Origin: Pristiophorus japonicus
Lineage: Eukaryota
Direction: 5' to 3'
NCBI RefSeq assembly: GCF_044704955.1
Contig: NC_091982.1
Span: forward strand, 235,662,001 to 235,726,000
Length of the DNA stretch: 64,000 bases
Below, piece by piece: positions 21,788 through 35,403 of this stretch. Position numbers and translations under genes: made by a program. Position 1 is the first letter of the stretch; every line of letters begins with the position of its first letter. The notes beneath the pieces were generated by a model. It was not told the origin of the DNA and did not search any database. It was given only the letters and a program-made list of their open reading frames with translations.

Positions 21788-24700
21788 TGTCATGTATCCT
21801 ACATGGCTATTGTTGGTGCTATCACAAGGTGTGCTACCAGAGGGCACAGCAGTGGGAGACTTGTAGATTACCTGTACAGGTGTGCCTGGCCTAGTATAAA
21901 AGGCAGGCCATCAGGTGTGATCCTCACTTTGGAGTTAACAAATAAAAAGACTAAGGTCAATACATTCAAATACATCACATTGCCTCTTGGAGTCATTATT
22001 AGAGCATACGAGGTCATAACAATTGGCGATGAGATTACAGACTTTCATGCAAAAATGTCTACCCTTGGTACGTTGCAGCAGTTCACCGATTGGGACGCCT
22101 TTCTGGAGAGGCTCGACCATTTCATCACAGCAAACGACCTGGCAGGAGACGACCCGGCCACACTGGTTGATAAGCGCAGAGCTATCCTGCTAACCAGTTG
22201 TGGGCCCACCATCTATGGCCTCGTCAGGGACTTGCTGGCACCAGCGAAGACAATGACCAAGACGTACGAAGAGCTCGTAACCCTGTCCATGTACAACTCA
22301 AGCCCAAGGAGAGCATCCTCACAGCCAGATACCAGTTCTACACTCACCGACGGCCCAAAGGCCAGGAAATCGTGAAATACACCGCAGACCTCGGGAGACT
22401 GGTGGCACCGTGTAATTTCGGCACCCACCTCACCGAAGCGTTGCGGGACATTTTTGTCATTGGAATCGGCCATGAGGGCTTTCTTTATAAGCTACTGCTG
22501 GCGGATACCACAGTCACACTGCAGAAGGCCATCTCTGAGAGCCAGGCATTCATGACCTCGACCTGCGGCTCTAGGCAAATGACTCACCCTCAGGACTCAA
22601 ACCCGGCAGGTACTGTGCACCGAGTGGCGCCTTTTAGAAGCTGGACTGTAGAACACAAAACCTTTCGGGGGAGAGAGAGAACAGGCCCCTGAGTCCCTTG
22701 TCTCAGAGTCTGCCGAGGGGGGCCAATCGAGTAGCTCCATGATGGCGTTGTGGAGGGAATCACAGGGCTCACCAGTGCCGCTTTAAAGACTATGTATGCA
22801 ACGGCTGCAGCACAAAGGGCCACCTCCAGCGAATGTGTAAGAGAAATATGACTCACTGTGTCGACGAAGAGTCTGCAGATGGCCATGAATCCAGCACGGA
22901 TTACGAAACGATAGGCAGAGAGGCAACTCATCCCCATGTTAAGGTATATAGCATGTTTACCTGCACCACCGATTGTGCCCCGTTGAGGATGGAAGTCGAG
23001 ATAGATGGCGTTCCAGTCTTCATGGAAGTGGACACGGGGGTGAGCAAGTCAGCAATGAAGCAAGAAGCCTTTGTCCCATAGCCTCTCAATCAAGCTGAAC
23101 GACCCAAGTTGGTCCCGATTCAGACAAAGCTGTGCACCTACATCGATGAACTTATCCCATTGCAAATGTTAAGGTACTCCATGATGGTGCGGTGCACAGG
23201 TTACCTCTGTGTGGATTGTTGCAGGTGAAGAAGATGGATGGAGAAGATCCATCGGAAGTGGGAAGACTTCACCCCTCCAGCGGTCGACGTCCTCTTCGTT
23301 CAGAGGCACAGCAAGCCTTCACCTGAGGCTGGATCCGGCACCAGAGAGCAGCACAGACCGCCCAGCACGACTCTGTGGAGATGATCCAGCTGGGACGACC
23401 CGAAAGCACCTTCCAGGCTCCAGTGGCAGGACTCCGGAGGAAGAAAATCGGATCCAAGGACGACTTCCCAGCTTCGGTGGCAGAACCCGGGGAGAAGAGG
23501 ATCACCGCAGTCGACATCGTGGATGGAGGAAAGATGGCGCCCAAACCACGAGGTGAGGTGCTGAAGAAAAAGATGGCCGCGGCCAGACCACGAGGTGCAG
23601 CGCTGATGGAGCAACACATGGCGCCAAACGGAAAAGAGGATTGGTGTAAAGATAGCAAGGCTCTCTTAAAGGAGGCCTGCGACCCACTACAATTAAAGGG
23701 ACAGTTCCACACACTCAAGCAATGTAATAGCAACTGTAAGTTAGAGATAAAATGTATAACTGATGATCAGAATTGTGCACATGCAACCAGCGAGGAAAAG
23801 TCGCGCGATCGCGATCGGAGCTACAGGGTATTCACAATAAGTAATGAAACATTGTGCGATGTAGGATTTCAACTGCACGCAGCCAATGCAGCGGGCAGAC
23901 GCCCATCGGGAGCACACAGGTCCAGCGAGCTACACAGTGCTGGGGCCTGCGTACCTGGGACCAGGGTTATACATCATGGAGTGTGGCCACAAGCAGCCAA
24001 TACACACGACCTGCAAGCAAGCGATCTCAGGAGGGCAATGGCACCGGTATCAATACTCTGCCCCTGATCGGCTCCACCTCTCGGGCACCCGATGGAATCA
24101 ACCGCCACAAGCCTGAAAGAGCAAACCGCGCTAAGGCGCAGCCCCCAGACCCCATCGCCACCAAGGCCACACCCAGAAATGAAGGGTCACCCGCTACAGT
24201 CTCCCCAAAGGGGACCGGGACCAGCCAGGATCCCAAACCAAACAATGCCCAGGCTAGCGAGTCAGCAGTTCCCTGTGCACTGCTAGACGACAGCTCCTCA
24301 GGGAGCAGCAGCGACCCAGGGCGCAAAGAAAGGACAGGGAGGTCACAGGCATCTGTGAACCGGCCCGACGCTAGGAACCACGGCAACAGCCCCAAGTGCA
24401 GGCAGCTTGAGCCAACTGGGTTCCCACTGCCAGCACTGGGCACCACGCCGCCACCAGACTGCAGGGACACCATCCAGCAGTTCTGGAACTAGTTTGTCCT
24501 CACGCACTGGTCACCACATCGATCATGTACCTCACCAGTCCAACGTACTTGTCTCACAACGGAACCACAAATGTAATGCAAACTTGTTTTTCTGAACTTG
24601 AATGTATATGAATGCAATGAGCCTCCGGCATAATCAGTATGTGTGGTGGGGAGAATGGAGTGGTCAGGGATACACCAACAGCAACCACCAGCACTCTACT

Positions 24701-25049
24701 GCACCAACCACTCACCCAAGATTGAAATGCCCTGCCAAGGGTCAACCAGATAGAGCCCATATAGAGCTAAGCCCAGAGCACAGTCAATGCAGAGGCGATT
24801 TGCACTAAAGGCTTGGGGGAGAGTGGTGTCATGTATCCTACATGGCTACTGTTTGTACTATCACAAGGTGTGTCACCAGAAGGCACAGCAGTGGGAGACT
24901 TGTAGGTGTGCCTGGCCCAGAATAAAAGGCAGGCCATCAGGTGTGTGATGCTCAGTCTGGAGTTAACGAATAAAGGACTAAGGTCACTACAGTTCAAGTA
25001 CAACACACTGCCTCGTGGAGTCATTATTAGAGCATCCAAGGACATAACA
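21788..25049 (+). mobile_element. Non-autonomous Gypsy-like LTR element (gag + protease only)
   Basis: LTRs 21788-22021 and 24827-25049 (TGTCATGT...ACATAACA); PBS TGGCGATGAG; PPT GGGGGAGAGTGG; frameshifted gag with a CNGCSTKGHLQRMC knuckle; protease MEVDTG; no RT or integrase seen. Confidence 0.85.
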
Positions 25050-25297
25050 CTATGATGATGACATCTCGTGACAGTTGAGTGTGATTTACGGGGAGGGAAA
25101 CAGGCGGACAGACAGACAGACAGACCGTCGGATGCCTGGCGAGGCAGAGCAGTGGTCTTGGGTTGGTGGATCCCTGTGGTTTGCAGCAGCAGTTGTTTCC
25201 GCTGGGTTGTTCCTCCAGCTGTTGGAGGTGTTAGGATGGTAATTAGCATTGATCCACCTCAGAGATTAAAACGTGACCAAGATGTTAGGCTGCAACA

Positions 25298-25490
25298 TTT
25301 ATGTTTAGAATAACTCCACATGACTTAAGCTCAAACTGTTGTGACCTTGCTCTCTATTGTAACTCCAGAGTCAGGAGGCAGCATGGTAGACTGCCTTTTA
25401 TACCTGCTTGCCCAGGGTGTGCAACCCTTGGGTCTCCCACAGATGCGCCCCCTGTTGGCAGGTGTTACACATTGGTAATGTTTACATACA
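25298..25490 (-). mobile_element. Degenerate solo LTR
   Basis: Reverse-complement similarity to the other LTRs (CCTTTTATAC, ACTCCAGAG, GTGACCTT). Confidence 0.55.
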
Positions 25491-27379
25491 CCCCGCATTA
25501 ATACACCCCGCATTAATCCATCTCGAGGAAGCCTCGGCCCCTGACTGTTTGTTTTCTCCTCCCGCTTTGTATACTTTATTTCGATGGACCGGTGGCCACC
25601 CGGTGTCAATCGTCTTTGCCCATCCTATAGTGGAATTACCAGGAGAGGGTATCACTGACAGTCCCCTCTCCTCCCCTCCTGCTGAGGCCAGCTTTTTTCT
25701 TATCTCTGTGCAAGATTATATTTCTTAAAGATAGCTTATTGTCTGTCTTGGCTCCACACTGTCTCCTCTCGGCATTTCTTGGAGTATCTTGTTTATTCTC
25801 CCGCTCGGCGCTGACCCCTCATCACTTCAAACATGTCTGCGGTGGTCTTCTCCCTGTTAACCTCTAAGTATTTGTTCTGATCAGATCTTCGCTGACATTC
25901 CTTTCGCCAGCTGGGTTGTAAAGCCTGTTTTTCACTGGTTTAGTATCCCTTTCTAACTTTAAAATTTCTTTGGATTTAAAACCCTACTTTGAGATTTAAA
26001 GATTTCTGGGCCAATATTTTTATCCCACAGCTAACATCACTAAAACAGATTTTCTGGTCATAATCGTCGTATCATAGAAATTTACAGCCATTTCGACCCA
26101 TCGTGTTAGCACCGGCCGACCAAGAGCTCGCCAGCCTAATCCCACTTTCCCGCTCTTGGTCCGTGGCCCTGTAGGTTACGGCACTTTTAAATGCACATCC
26201 AATGATTTTTTTCGTCGTTGAATGTGCATAAGTTGGCTGCCGCGTTTCCTACATTACAACAGTGACTACACTTCAAAAGTACTTCATTGGCTGTAAAGCG
26301 CTCTCGGATGTTCTGAGGTCCTGAAAGGCGCTATAAAAATGCAAGTTCTTTCATTTTCTTGTCTTGCCCTGTGCAGCATTTTCCTTTTGTGAATTGCAGC
26401 TTTGTGATCACGTACAAACTTGCAGCCATTTGCACGGGAAAGAAGCATCACGTGATGTTGCCCTGAGCAGTCTAGCAACGTGAAAACAATCCAAGGGATA
26501 GGCGGTCAGTGGTGCGGGGGGCATTTATGTTCTCTGACAGTGTTGTGTTACCCTCCATCTCCTGAAGTGGAGCGGCATTTATTCAGGGGCAGCAGTACAG
26601 CCTGAGTTTACACCGATAGGACAGACATCGCCAGCAACGCTGCGGTAAAACAGGAATGGGCATTCTGTCACAAATTAAAAATATGAGTTTGCATTCCTCC
26701 CGTGTTGCTGGATTGTTCCTTCAGTTAGATGTTGAGAGGTTGTTTCCCCTGGCTTGGAGAGTCTAGAACTAGGGGTCGTTGTCTCAGGATAAGGCTTGGC
26801 CATTTAGGATTGAGTAGAGGAGAAACTTCTTCACTCAGAGGGTGGTGAATCTTTCAAATTCTCCACCCCAGAGGGCTGAGGCGGACCAGTCGATGAGTAT
26901 ATTCAAGACAAAGATGGATAGAATTTAGGGCACTAAGGGAATGCAGGGATATGGGGATTGGGCGGGAAAGTGGAGTTGAGGTTGAAGATCAGCCATGATA
27001 TTAAATGGCGGAGCAGGCTCAAGGGGCCGGAGGGCCTACTCCTAGAATCGTAGAAATTTACAGCACGGAAGGAGGCCATTTCGGCCCATCGTGTCTGCAC
27101 CAGCCGACCAAGAGCTATCCAGCCTAAACTCCTGCTCCTATTCTGTTCTACCTCTTTGAATTTTGTGAGGCTTCATGCGGAGTGGTCGGTGTTGGGGGGG
27201 GCGGGTGGGGGGGGGGGGTGGTTGCTTATTCTCTACATTGCAGTTTATGGATTTAATCCTAAATTCCCCAATTGCAGTACGGAGAATACACCTCCCTCCT
27301 CTCCAAACCTGATTGGAAATGGAGGAATCAATGGAACAAAAGGTACCTTCAGCCAGCGATGTGAGGCAGGAGCCACTGG

Positions 27380-30300
27380 GAAAATCATAGCAAGAATCCT
27401 CGTCAAACATCTTCTCCCTGTGGCTGAACAGCTCCTCCCAGAGTCACAATGCGGAATCTGACTACTAGGGGGTACAACGGACATGATCTTCACCACGCGA
27501 GAACTACAAGAGAAATGCAGGGAACAGCACCAACCCTTGTACATGGCCTCCTTTGACCTCACAAAGGCCTTTGACACTGTCAACCGTGAGGGACTATGGA
27601 GCATCCTCCTCCGTTTCGGCTGCCCCCAAAAGTTTGTCACCATCCTCCGCCTGATCCACGATGACATGCAAGCCGTGATCCTGACCAATGGATTCACCAC
27701 AGACCCAATCCATGTCCGGACCGGGGTCAAGCAGGGCTGTGTCATCGCACCGACACTCTTCTCGATCTTCCTCGCTGCAATGCTCCATCTCATTCTCAAC
27801 AAGCTCCCCGCTGGAGTGGAACTAAACTATAGAACCAATGGGAAACTGTTCAGCCTTCGTCGTCCCAAGGCTAAATCCAAGGTCGTCCCATCCTCTGTCA
27901 GCGAACTACAGTACGCGGATGACGCTTCCGTCTGCGCACATTCAGAGGCCGAACTCCAAGCCATCGCCAACATCTTCACTGAGGCATACGAAAGCATGGG
28001 CCTTAAATTAAACATCCACAAGACATGGGTCCTCCACCAACTTGATCCCATCACACAGCACTGTCCCCGCCCGGTCATCAAAATCCACGGCGTGGCCTTG
28101 GACAACGTGGGCCATTTTCCATACCACGGGAGCCTACTATCAGCAAGGGCATACATCGACAATGAAGTCCAACACCGCCTCCAGTGTGCTAGCACAGCCT
28201 TCAGTTGCCTGAGGAAGAGAGTGTTTGAAGACCAGGACCTCAAATCTGGCACCAGGTTTATGGTCTACAGGGCAGTAGTGATACCCGCCCTCCTATATGG
28301 CTCAGAGATGTGGACTGTATTGTGTTCCTAACACAGCTGAGGCCGCACACAACAAGGTTAAAGTAACAGTGACCTCAGTCTTTAATAAGACACTCCAGAG
28401 TGAGGTACAGGCCTTGGGGGCTGGCTTATATACAGTGCTCTAAAGGGATGCTGGGATCCCTTGGGACTTCAGGGGATGAGCTCCCTGGTGGCGGAACATG
28501 GGGGTACATGCTTTACAGATACACAACATCACTCCCCCCTCTTTCTCCCCCCCCCCCCCCCCCCCCCCCCCAAAGTCAAAGTGAAAACTATTTACAAGGT
28601 GAGGCAGTCGGGAGCCTTTCTTTTCCTGGTGGACCGCCTCGGTATAAATGTGTGAGCCTGGCCTTGTTGGTCGTGATGGGTTCGATTTCCTGGTCCGGCG
28701 TGGTGTCGTTGATCCTTTGGGTGTGTGTTGTGGGCTTGAAAAAGGTGGTGTCTGCTGTGGGTTGTTCAGGGCAGCCTGTGAAACCCAGCCTCGTTTGGTC
28801 CAGGTGCTTTCTGCAAATTTGTCCATTGTCTAGTTTGACTACAAACACCTTATTCCCTTCTTTAGCTATCACCGTGCCCACGATCCACTTGGGACCATGT
28901 CCATAGTTTAGCACATAGGGTCATTCAGATCAATTTCCCGTGACACAGTGGCATGACCATTGTTTACATTTTGTTGCTTCTGCCTGCTCTCTACCTGATT
29001 ATGCAGATTGGGGTGAACCAGAGAGAGTCTGGTTTCAAGTGTCCTTTTCATGAGTAGCTCAGCAGGGGTCTCGTGCGGTAGCTGAGCAGTACTTGGGACA
29101 GGTGGGTTTGGAGTGAGCCTTCTGTGACTCATTTAAGGCTCTGTTTGATGGTTTGTACTGCCCGCTCTGCCTGCCCATTGGAGGCTGGTTTAAACGGGGC
29201 CGAGATGACATGTTTGATCCCATTGCGGATCATGAATTCTTTAAATTCGGCACTGGTGAAACATGGCCCGTTGTCACTGACCACTATGTCAGGCAGGCCG
29301 TTGGTTGCCAACATGGTCCTCAGGCTTTCAATGGTGGTGGTGGTGGTGCTTCCCGACATTATTTCACACTCAATCCATTTTGAAAAAGCATTCACCACCA
29401 CCAGAAACATTTTACCGAGAAATGGGCCCGCATAGTTGACATGGACCCTCGACCATGATCTGGAGGGCCAGGACCACAAACTTAGTGGTGCCTCTCTGGG
29501 CGCGTTGCTCAACTGAGCACACACGCTGCATTGCCGTACACAGGACTCTAAATAAGAGTCAATACTGGGCCACCACACGTGGGATCTGGCTATCGCTTTC
29601 ATCATTACTATACTGGGTGTGTGGTGTGGAGATCCGAGATGAATGTCTCCCTGCCCTTTTTTGGTAACATTACATGGTTACCCCACAACATGCAGTCTGC
29701 TTGAATGGACAGCTCGTCCTTTTGCCGCTGGAACGGCTTGATTGGCTCTTGCATTTCAACGGGGATGCTGGCCCAACCTCCATGCAGTACACCGTTTTTT
29801 ACTAGGGACAACAGAGGATCTTGACTGGTCCAAGTCCTAATCTGGCGGGCCGTGACAGGTGATTTATCATTTTCAAACACTTCCATGACCACCAACAAGT
29901 CTGCGGGCTGCGCCACCATCAACAAGTTTGCAGGCTGTGCCATTTCCACCCCCGTGGTGAGCAATGGTAGCCGACTGAGAGCATCCGCACAGTTCTCGGT
30001 GCCTGGCCTGTGGCGGATGGTATAGTTATACGCTGATAGCGCGTGTACTCACCTTTGTTTGCGTGCTGCGGCATTAATATTTATCCCCTTGTTTTCAGCG
30101 AACAGGGATGTGAGGGGCTTGTGATCGGTTTCCAGCTCAAATTTGAGGCCAAACTGGTACTGATGCATTTTCTTTACCCCGAACACACACGCTAATGCCA
30201 CTTAATCATGCTGTACGCCCCCTCGGCCTTGGACAAGCTCCTGGAAGCATAGGCGATAGGTTGCAACTTCTCCGCAACGTTAGCTTGTTGTAATACACAC

Positions 30301-33300
30301 CCGACTCCGTATGACGACGCGACACGTGCTAGCACAAGTCTTTTACACGGGTTATACAATACAAGCAGCTTGTTGCAGCATAAAATGTTTCTGGCTTTCT
30401 CAAAAGCAATTACTTGTTTTTTTTTTCTCCACACTCAGTTCACACCTTTTGCGCGATAACACATGTAGGGGCTCTAAAAGGGTGCTTAACCCCGGTCGGA
30501 AGTTACCAAAATAGTTGAGTCGTCCCAGGAAATACCACAGCTCCGTGACGTTCTGTGGCTTGAGCGCGTTCCTGATAGCCTCTGTTGTGGCGTCTGTGGG
30601 CCGAATGCTATCCGCTGCGATCTTTCTCCCCAAAAACTCCACTTCTGTTGCCATGAGGACGCATTTTAACCTATTCAGCCACAGCCCTACGCGATCCAGT
30701 CGCTGGAGGACCTCCTCCAGGTTTTGTAGGTGCTTGGCGGTGTCCCGACCCGTGACCAATATGTCGTCCTGAAAGACCAGCGTGGTACCGACTTGAGTAG
30801 GCTCTCCATGTTTCTCTGGAAGATCGCTGCAGTCGACCGAATTTCAAACGGGCATCTGTTGTAGATGAACAGTCTCTTGTGCGTGTTGATGCAGGTGAGG
30901 TCCTTCGAAGACTCTACCAGCTCCTGCGTCATGTAGGCCGAAGTCAGGTCGAGCTTGGTGAACATCTTGCCTCCTGCCAGCGTCGCAAATAGGTCGTCTG
31001 CCTTAGGTAGCGGGTATTGGTCCTGTAGTGAGAAACGATTAATAGTTACTTTGTAATCGCCGCAAATCCTGACTGTGCCATCACTTTTGAGTATTGGAAC
31101 AATCGGGCTGGCCCACTCGCTGAATTCCACTGGGGAGATGATGCCCTCGCATTGCAGCCTGTCCAGCTCGATTTCCACACACTCCCTCATCATGTGAGGT
31201 ACCGCTCGCGCCTTGTCGTGAATGTGTCTGGGACCAAGTGGATCCGCACCTTCGCCCCAGAAAAGTTTCCAATGCCTGGCTCAAAAAGGGAAGGAAATTT
31301 GTTAAAAACCTGATTACATGAGGCCTCATCGACATGTGATAGCGCTCGGATGTCAACCCAGTTCCAGCAGATTTTGCCCAGCCAGCTCCTTCCAAGCAGT
31401 GTGGGGCCATCACCCGGGACAATCCAGAGTGGCAGTCCGTGCACCGTGCCCTCGTAGATGACCTTGGCCATGGCGCTGCCCAGGACAGTGATAAGCTCTT
31501 TGGTATACGTCCTCAGTTTCGTGTGGACGGGGCTCAGGGCTGGTCTGAATGCCTTGTTGCACCAGTCTCTCAAACATCTTTTTACTCATGATGGATTGGC
31601 TAACGCCAATGTCCAGTTCCATGGCTACGGGTAAGCCATTCAATTTTACGTTTAGCATTATAGGTGGACATTTCATCGAAAATGTGTGCACCCTGTGTAC
31701 TTCAGCATATGCCTCCTCTCTCTCAGACTCGAAATTGCTTTGATCCACCATGGACCGATCTTCCTCTGCCATGTGGTGGTTAGCAGGTTTTGCAGAGCTT
31801 GCAGCTCATTTGCAAGCTCGTTGGAGATGCCCCATTATTCCACAGCTCTTGCAAACATTCCCTTTGAAGCAGCATGAATAGGCTGAATGGAAGCCTCCAA
31901 AACGCTAACAAGGTGTGAATTGCCCTGCATTCATCCTTTGTTGGGGACTCTGAGTCATCTGGGTTACCTGAGGCCTGCTGGCAGTTGTAGACTCGTGGGT
32001 TCTGCCCTGTACATTTCTGCTCGCAAAAACAGTTCCAATTAATTTATGAACATTGCTAGCAATTGTGTGCTGAGAGATTTGTTTGGTGGTATCACTGGTG
32101 GACATAAACGCCTGTGCTATTGCAATGGCCTTCCTGAGGGTCGGTGTCTCTACAGTCAAAAGTTTTCGTAGGCTGGTCTCGTGGCCAATGCCCAGTACAA
32201 AAAAGTCTCTGAGCATTTGCTCCAGGTAGCCATCAAACTCACATTGTCCTGTAAGTCGACTTATCTATGGGTTTCACCGGAGCCAGAAGATTCTTCATGA
32301 GGCTGTAGGTCGGTGCCCTGCAGACCGTGAGGAGGACCGCTCTCCTTTTTGCAGCGCTTCCTTCTCCATCCAGCTTGTTGGCTACAATGTACTGGTCTAA
32401 CCGTTCGACATAGGCTTCCCAGTTCTCACCCTCCGAGAACTTCAGGATGCCCACAGTTTGCCGCTGCTTTGCGTTGGATTCGTATTCTCGTCGCCCGTTA
32501 TTGTGTTCCCAACACAGATGAGGCTGCATACAGGGGGATTAAAGTAACAGTGACCTCAGTCTTTAATAAGACACTCCAGAGTGAGGAACAGGCCTTGGGG
32601 GCCGGCTTATATACAGTGTTCCCAAGGAATGCTGGGATCCGTTGGGACTTCAGGGGATGAGCTCCTTGGTGGCGGAACATGGGGGTGCATGCATTACAGA
32701 TACACAACAGACTATATACAGCAGACACCTCAAAGCGCTGGAGAAATACCAACAGCGCTGCCTCCGCAAGATCCTGCAAATCCACCGGGAGGAAAGACGC
32801 ACCAACGCCAGTGTTCTCGATCAGGCCAATGTCTCCAGCATCGAAGCACTGACCACACTCGACCAACTCCGTTGGGCGGGCCACATCGTCCGCATGCCTG
32901 ACACAAGATTCCCAAAGCAAGCGCTCTGTTCGGACCTCCTACGCGGTAAGCGAGCCCCAGGTGGGTAGAGGAAACGTTACAAGGACACCCTCAAAGCCTC
33001 CTTGATAATGTGCAACACCCCCACTGACACCTGGGAGTCCCTGGCCAAAGACCGCCCTAAGTGGAGGAAGAGCATCTGGGAAGAGCGCTGAGCACCTCGA
33101 GTCTCGTTGCCGAGAGCATGCAGAAACCAAGCGCAACAGCGGAAGGAGCGTGCGGCAAACCAGACTCCCCACCCAACCTTTCCTTCAACCACTCTCTGCC
33201 CTACCTGTGATAGAGACTGTAATTCCTGTATTGGACTGTACAGTAAGCTGAGAACTCACTTTTAGAGTGGAAGCAAGACTTCCTCGATTTCGAGGGACTG

Positions 33301-33312
33301 CCTATGATGATG
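27380..33312 (+). mobile_element. RTE LINE (RT region to 3' tail) split by a Gypsy insertion (pieces 27380-28317 and 32710-33312)
   Basis: DLTKAFDTV, GVKQGCVIAP, QYADD motifs; GSEMWT|IYSRHLK continuity across the insertion; RTE tail at about 33290-33312. Confidence 0.9.
28318..32709 (-). mobile_element. Full-length decayed Gypsy LTR retrotransposon
   Basis: 211-bp LTRs 28318-28528 and 32499-32709; PBS GGGCGACGAG; G-rich PPT; TSD GACTG/GACTA; gag, MELDIG protease, RT (CGDYK, KLDLTSAY, FQDD), RNase H and integrase (VSDNGPCF, SNGQAERAV) with frameshifts. Confidence 0.93.
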
Positions 33313-33650
33313 AGGAGGCAGGAGCATGTGGAACAACATCACTGAAAAATAGCTGCTTCCCGTCCTCTCCTGGTGCAGTGGGACCTCCTTGGCCCCATCC
33401 ACCCCAGCGCTACCTGCCACTGACTTCAGCCGCTCCCGATCCTGCTGCTGATCCTTGCCGGTTTATCAACTTTGACCTTGTGCTGCCTGTCCTTCCCCGT
33501 TCCTGGGCTTGCTTGGCTTGGCTGCTGTGAAACATGTCTGTTTACTTTATAAACACTGAGCGCTTCAAAATAAACAATTACTCAAGCAGATATATTGGGC
33601 CAAACCTTGCTGGAAAAGTAACAGCGCATTCCCAACACCATTATTAATAC

Positions 33651-34607
33651 GTAGGATCTTGTGGAGACATCGTTGGTGGTATTTCTTCAGCAACTTGAGA
33701 TGTCTACTGTACATGGTCCATGTCTCTGAGCCATACAGGAGGGCGGGTATTACTACAGTCCTGTAGACCATGAGCTTGGTGGCAGTTTTGAGGGCCTGGT
33801 CTCAGGCGGCCGAAGGCTGCACTGGCGCACTGGAGGCGGTGTTGGATCTCATCGGCGATGCCTGCTCTTGTTGATGGGAGGCTCCCGAGATATGGGAAGT
33901 GGTCCACAGTGTCAAGGGCCGCGCTGTGGATCTTGATGACTTGGGGGCAGTGCTATGCGGCGAGGACAGGCTGGTGGAGGACGTTTGTCTTACGGATGTT
34001 TAGCATAAGCCCCGTGCTTTCATACGCCTCAGTAAATCCGTCGACCATGTCCTGGAGTAGGATCCGCAAGATCCTACAAATCCCCTGGGAGGACAGACGC
34101 ACCAACATATTAGCGTCCTCGGCCAGGCCAACATCCCCAGCATTGAAGCACTGACCACACTTGATCAGCTCTGCTGGGCAGGCCACATTGTTCGCATGCC
34201 AGACACGAGACTCCAAAAGCAAATGCTCTACTCTGAACTCCTTCACGGCAAACGAGCCAAAGGTGGGCAGCGAAAGCGTTAAAAGGACACCCTCAAAGCC
34301 TCCCTGATAAAGTGCTACATCCCCACCGACACCTGCAAGTCCGTGGCCAAAAACCGCCCTTAGTGAAGGAAGTGCATCCGGGAGGGCGCTGAGCACTTTG
34401 AGTCTCATCACCGAGAGCATGCAGAAATCAAGCGCAGGCAGCGGAAAGAATGTGCGGCAAACCAGTCCCACTCTCCATTCCCTCAAGGAATATCTGTCTC
34501 ACCTGTGGCAGAGTCTGTGGCTCTCGTATTGGACTGTTCAGCCACCTAAGGACTCATTTTAAGAGTGGAAGCAAGACCTCCTCGATTCCGAGGGACTGCC
34601 TATGATG
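33651..34607. mobile_element. 5'-inverted RTE insertion (33651-34056 minus, about 34060-34607 plus)
   Basis: Adjacent RTE segments in opposite orientation, sharing CAAGATCCTAC at the breakpoint; 8-bp TSD ATTAATAC at 33643-33650 and 34608-34615. Confidence 0.8.
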
Positions 34608-34699
34608 ATTAATACATAGATCGGCCAGCAAGGATGAAGATGTGGAGGGGTGTGGACAAAGCAGTCGCTTGATCAGCATTACGTCCACTAGCTTAAACA

Positions 34700-35050
34700 T
34701 CTATGGCCGGCAAACTGTAGTTACAGTGTGTACCATCTCAACAAGACTTATTCAACAGCTCCCCCGAAACCTGAGACCTGCACCACCGAGGGCAGCAGGT
34801 AAATGGGAACACCACCACCTCCAAGTTCCCTTCCAAGTCACACACCATCCTGATTTGAACATGTATCACTGTTCCTTCATTGTCGCTGTCGAAATCGTGG
34901 AATTCCCTCTCGAACGGCACTGTGGAGGCACCTTCCCCACACGGACTGCAGCGGTTCAAGGTGGCGGCTCACCACCACCTTCTCAACGGCAATTAGGGAT
35001 GGGCAATAAATGCTGGCCTTGCCAGGGACACTCGCTTCCAAAGAATGAAT
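34700..35050 (+). mobile_element. 3' fragment of the 17-19 kb LINE family
   Basis: Same 3' sequence GGCTCACCACCACCTTCTC...AATAAATGCTGGCCTTGCC. Confidence 0.7.
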
Positions 35051-35403
35051 TGGAAAAATTAAGTTGAGTTTTGAAAAACTTTTCAGTTGAGCAGACAACA
35101 AATTACATCAAAAGTCAAAAGCAAAATACCGCGGATGCTGGAAGTCGGAAATAAAAATCAAAAACTGCTGGAAACACTCAGCAGGTAAGGCAGCATCTGT
35201 GGCGAGAGAAACAGAGTTAACATTTCGGGTTGATGACCCTTCGTCAGAACTGGAAAAAGTTAGAGATGTAACGGTTTTTAAGCAGGTGCAGAGGCAGGAA
35301 AAGGGGGAGGAGGAGTGGAGGAAAGAACAAATGGGAAGGAGGGGAGGATGCACACATTATATCACCTGTTTGTGTTTTACCTTTGCCTTGTGAAGCTAAT
35401 TAC

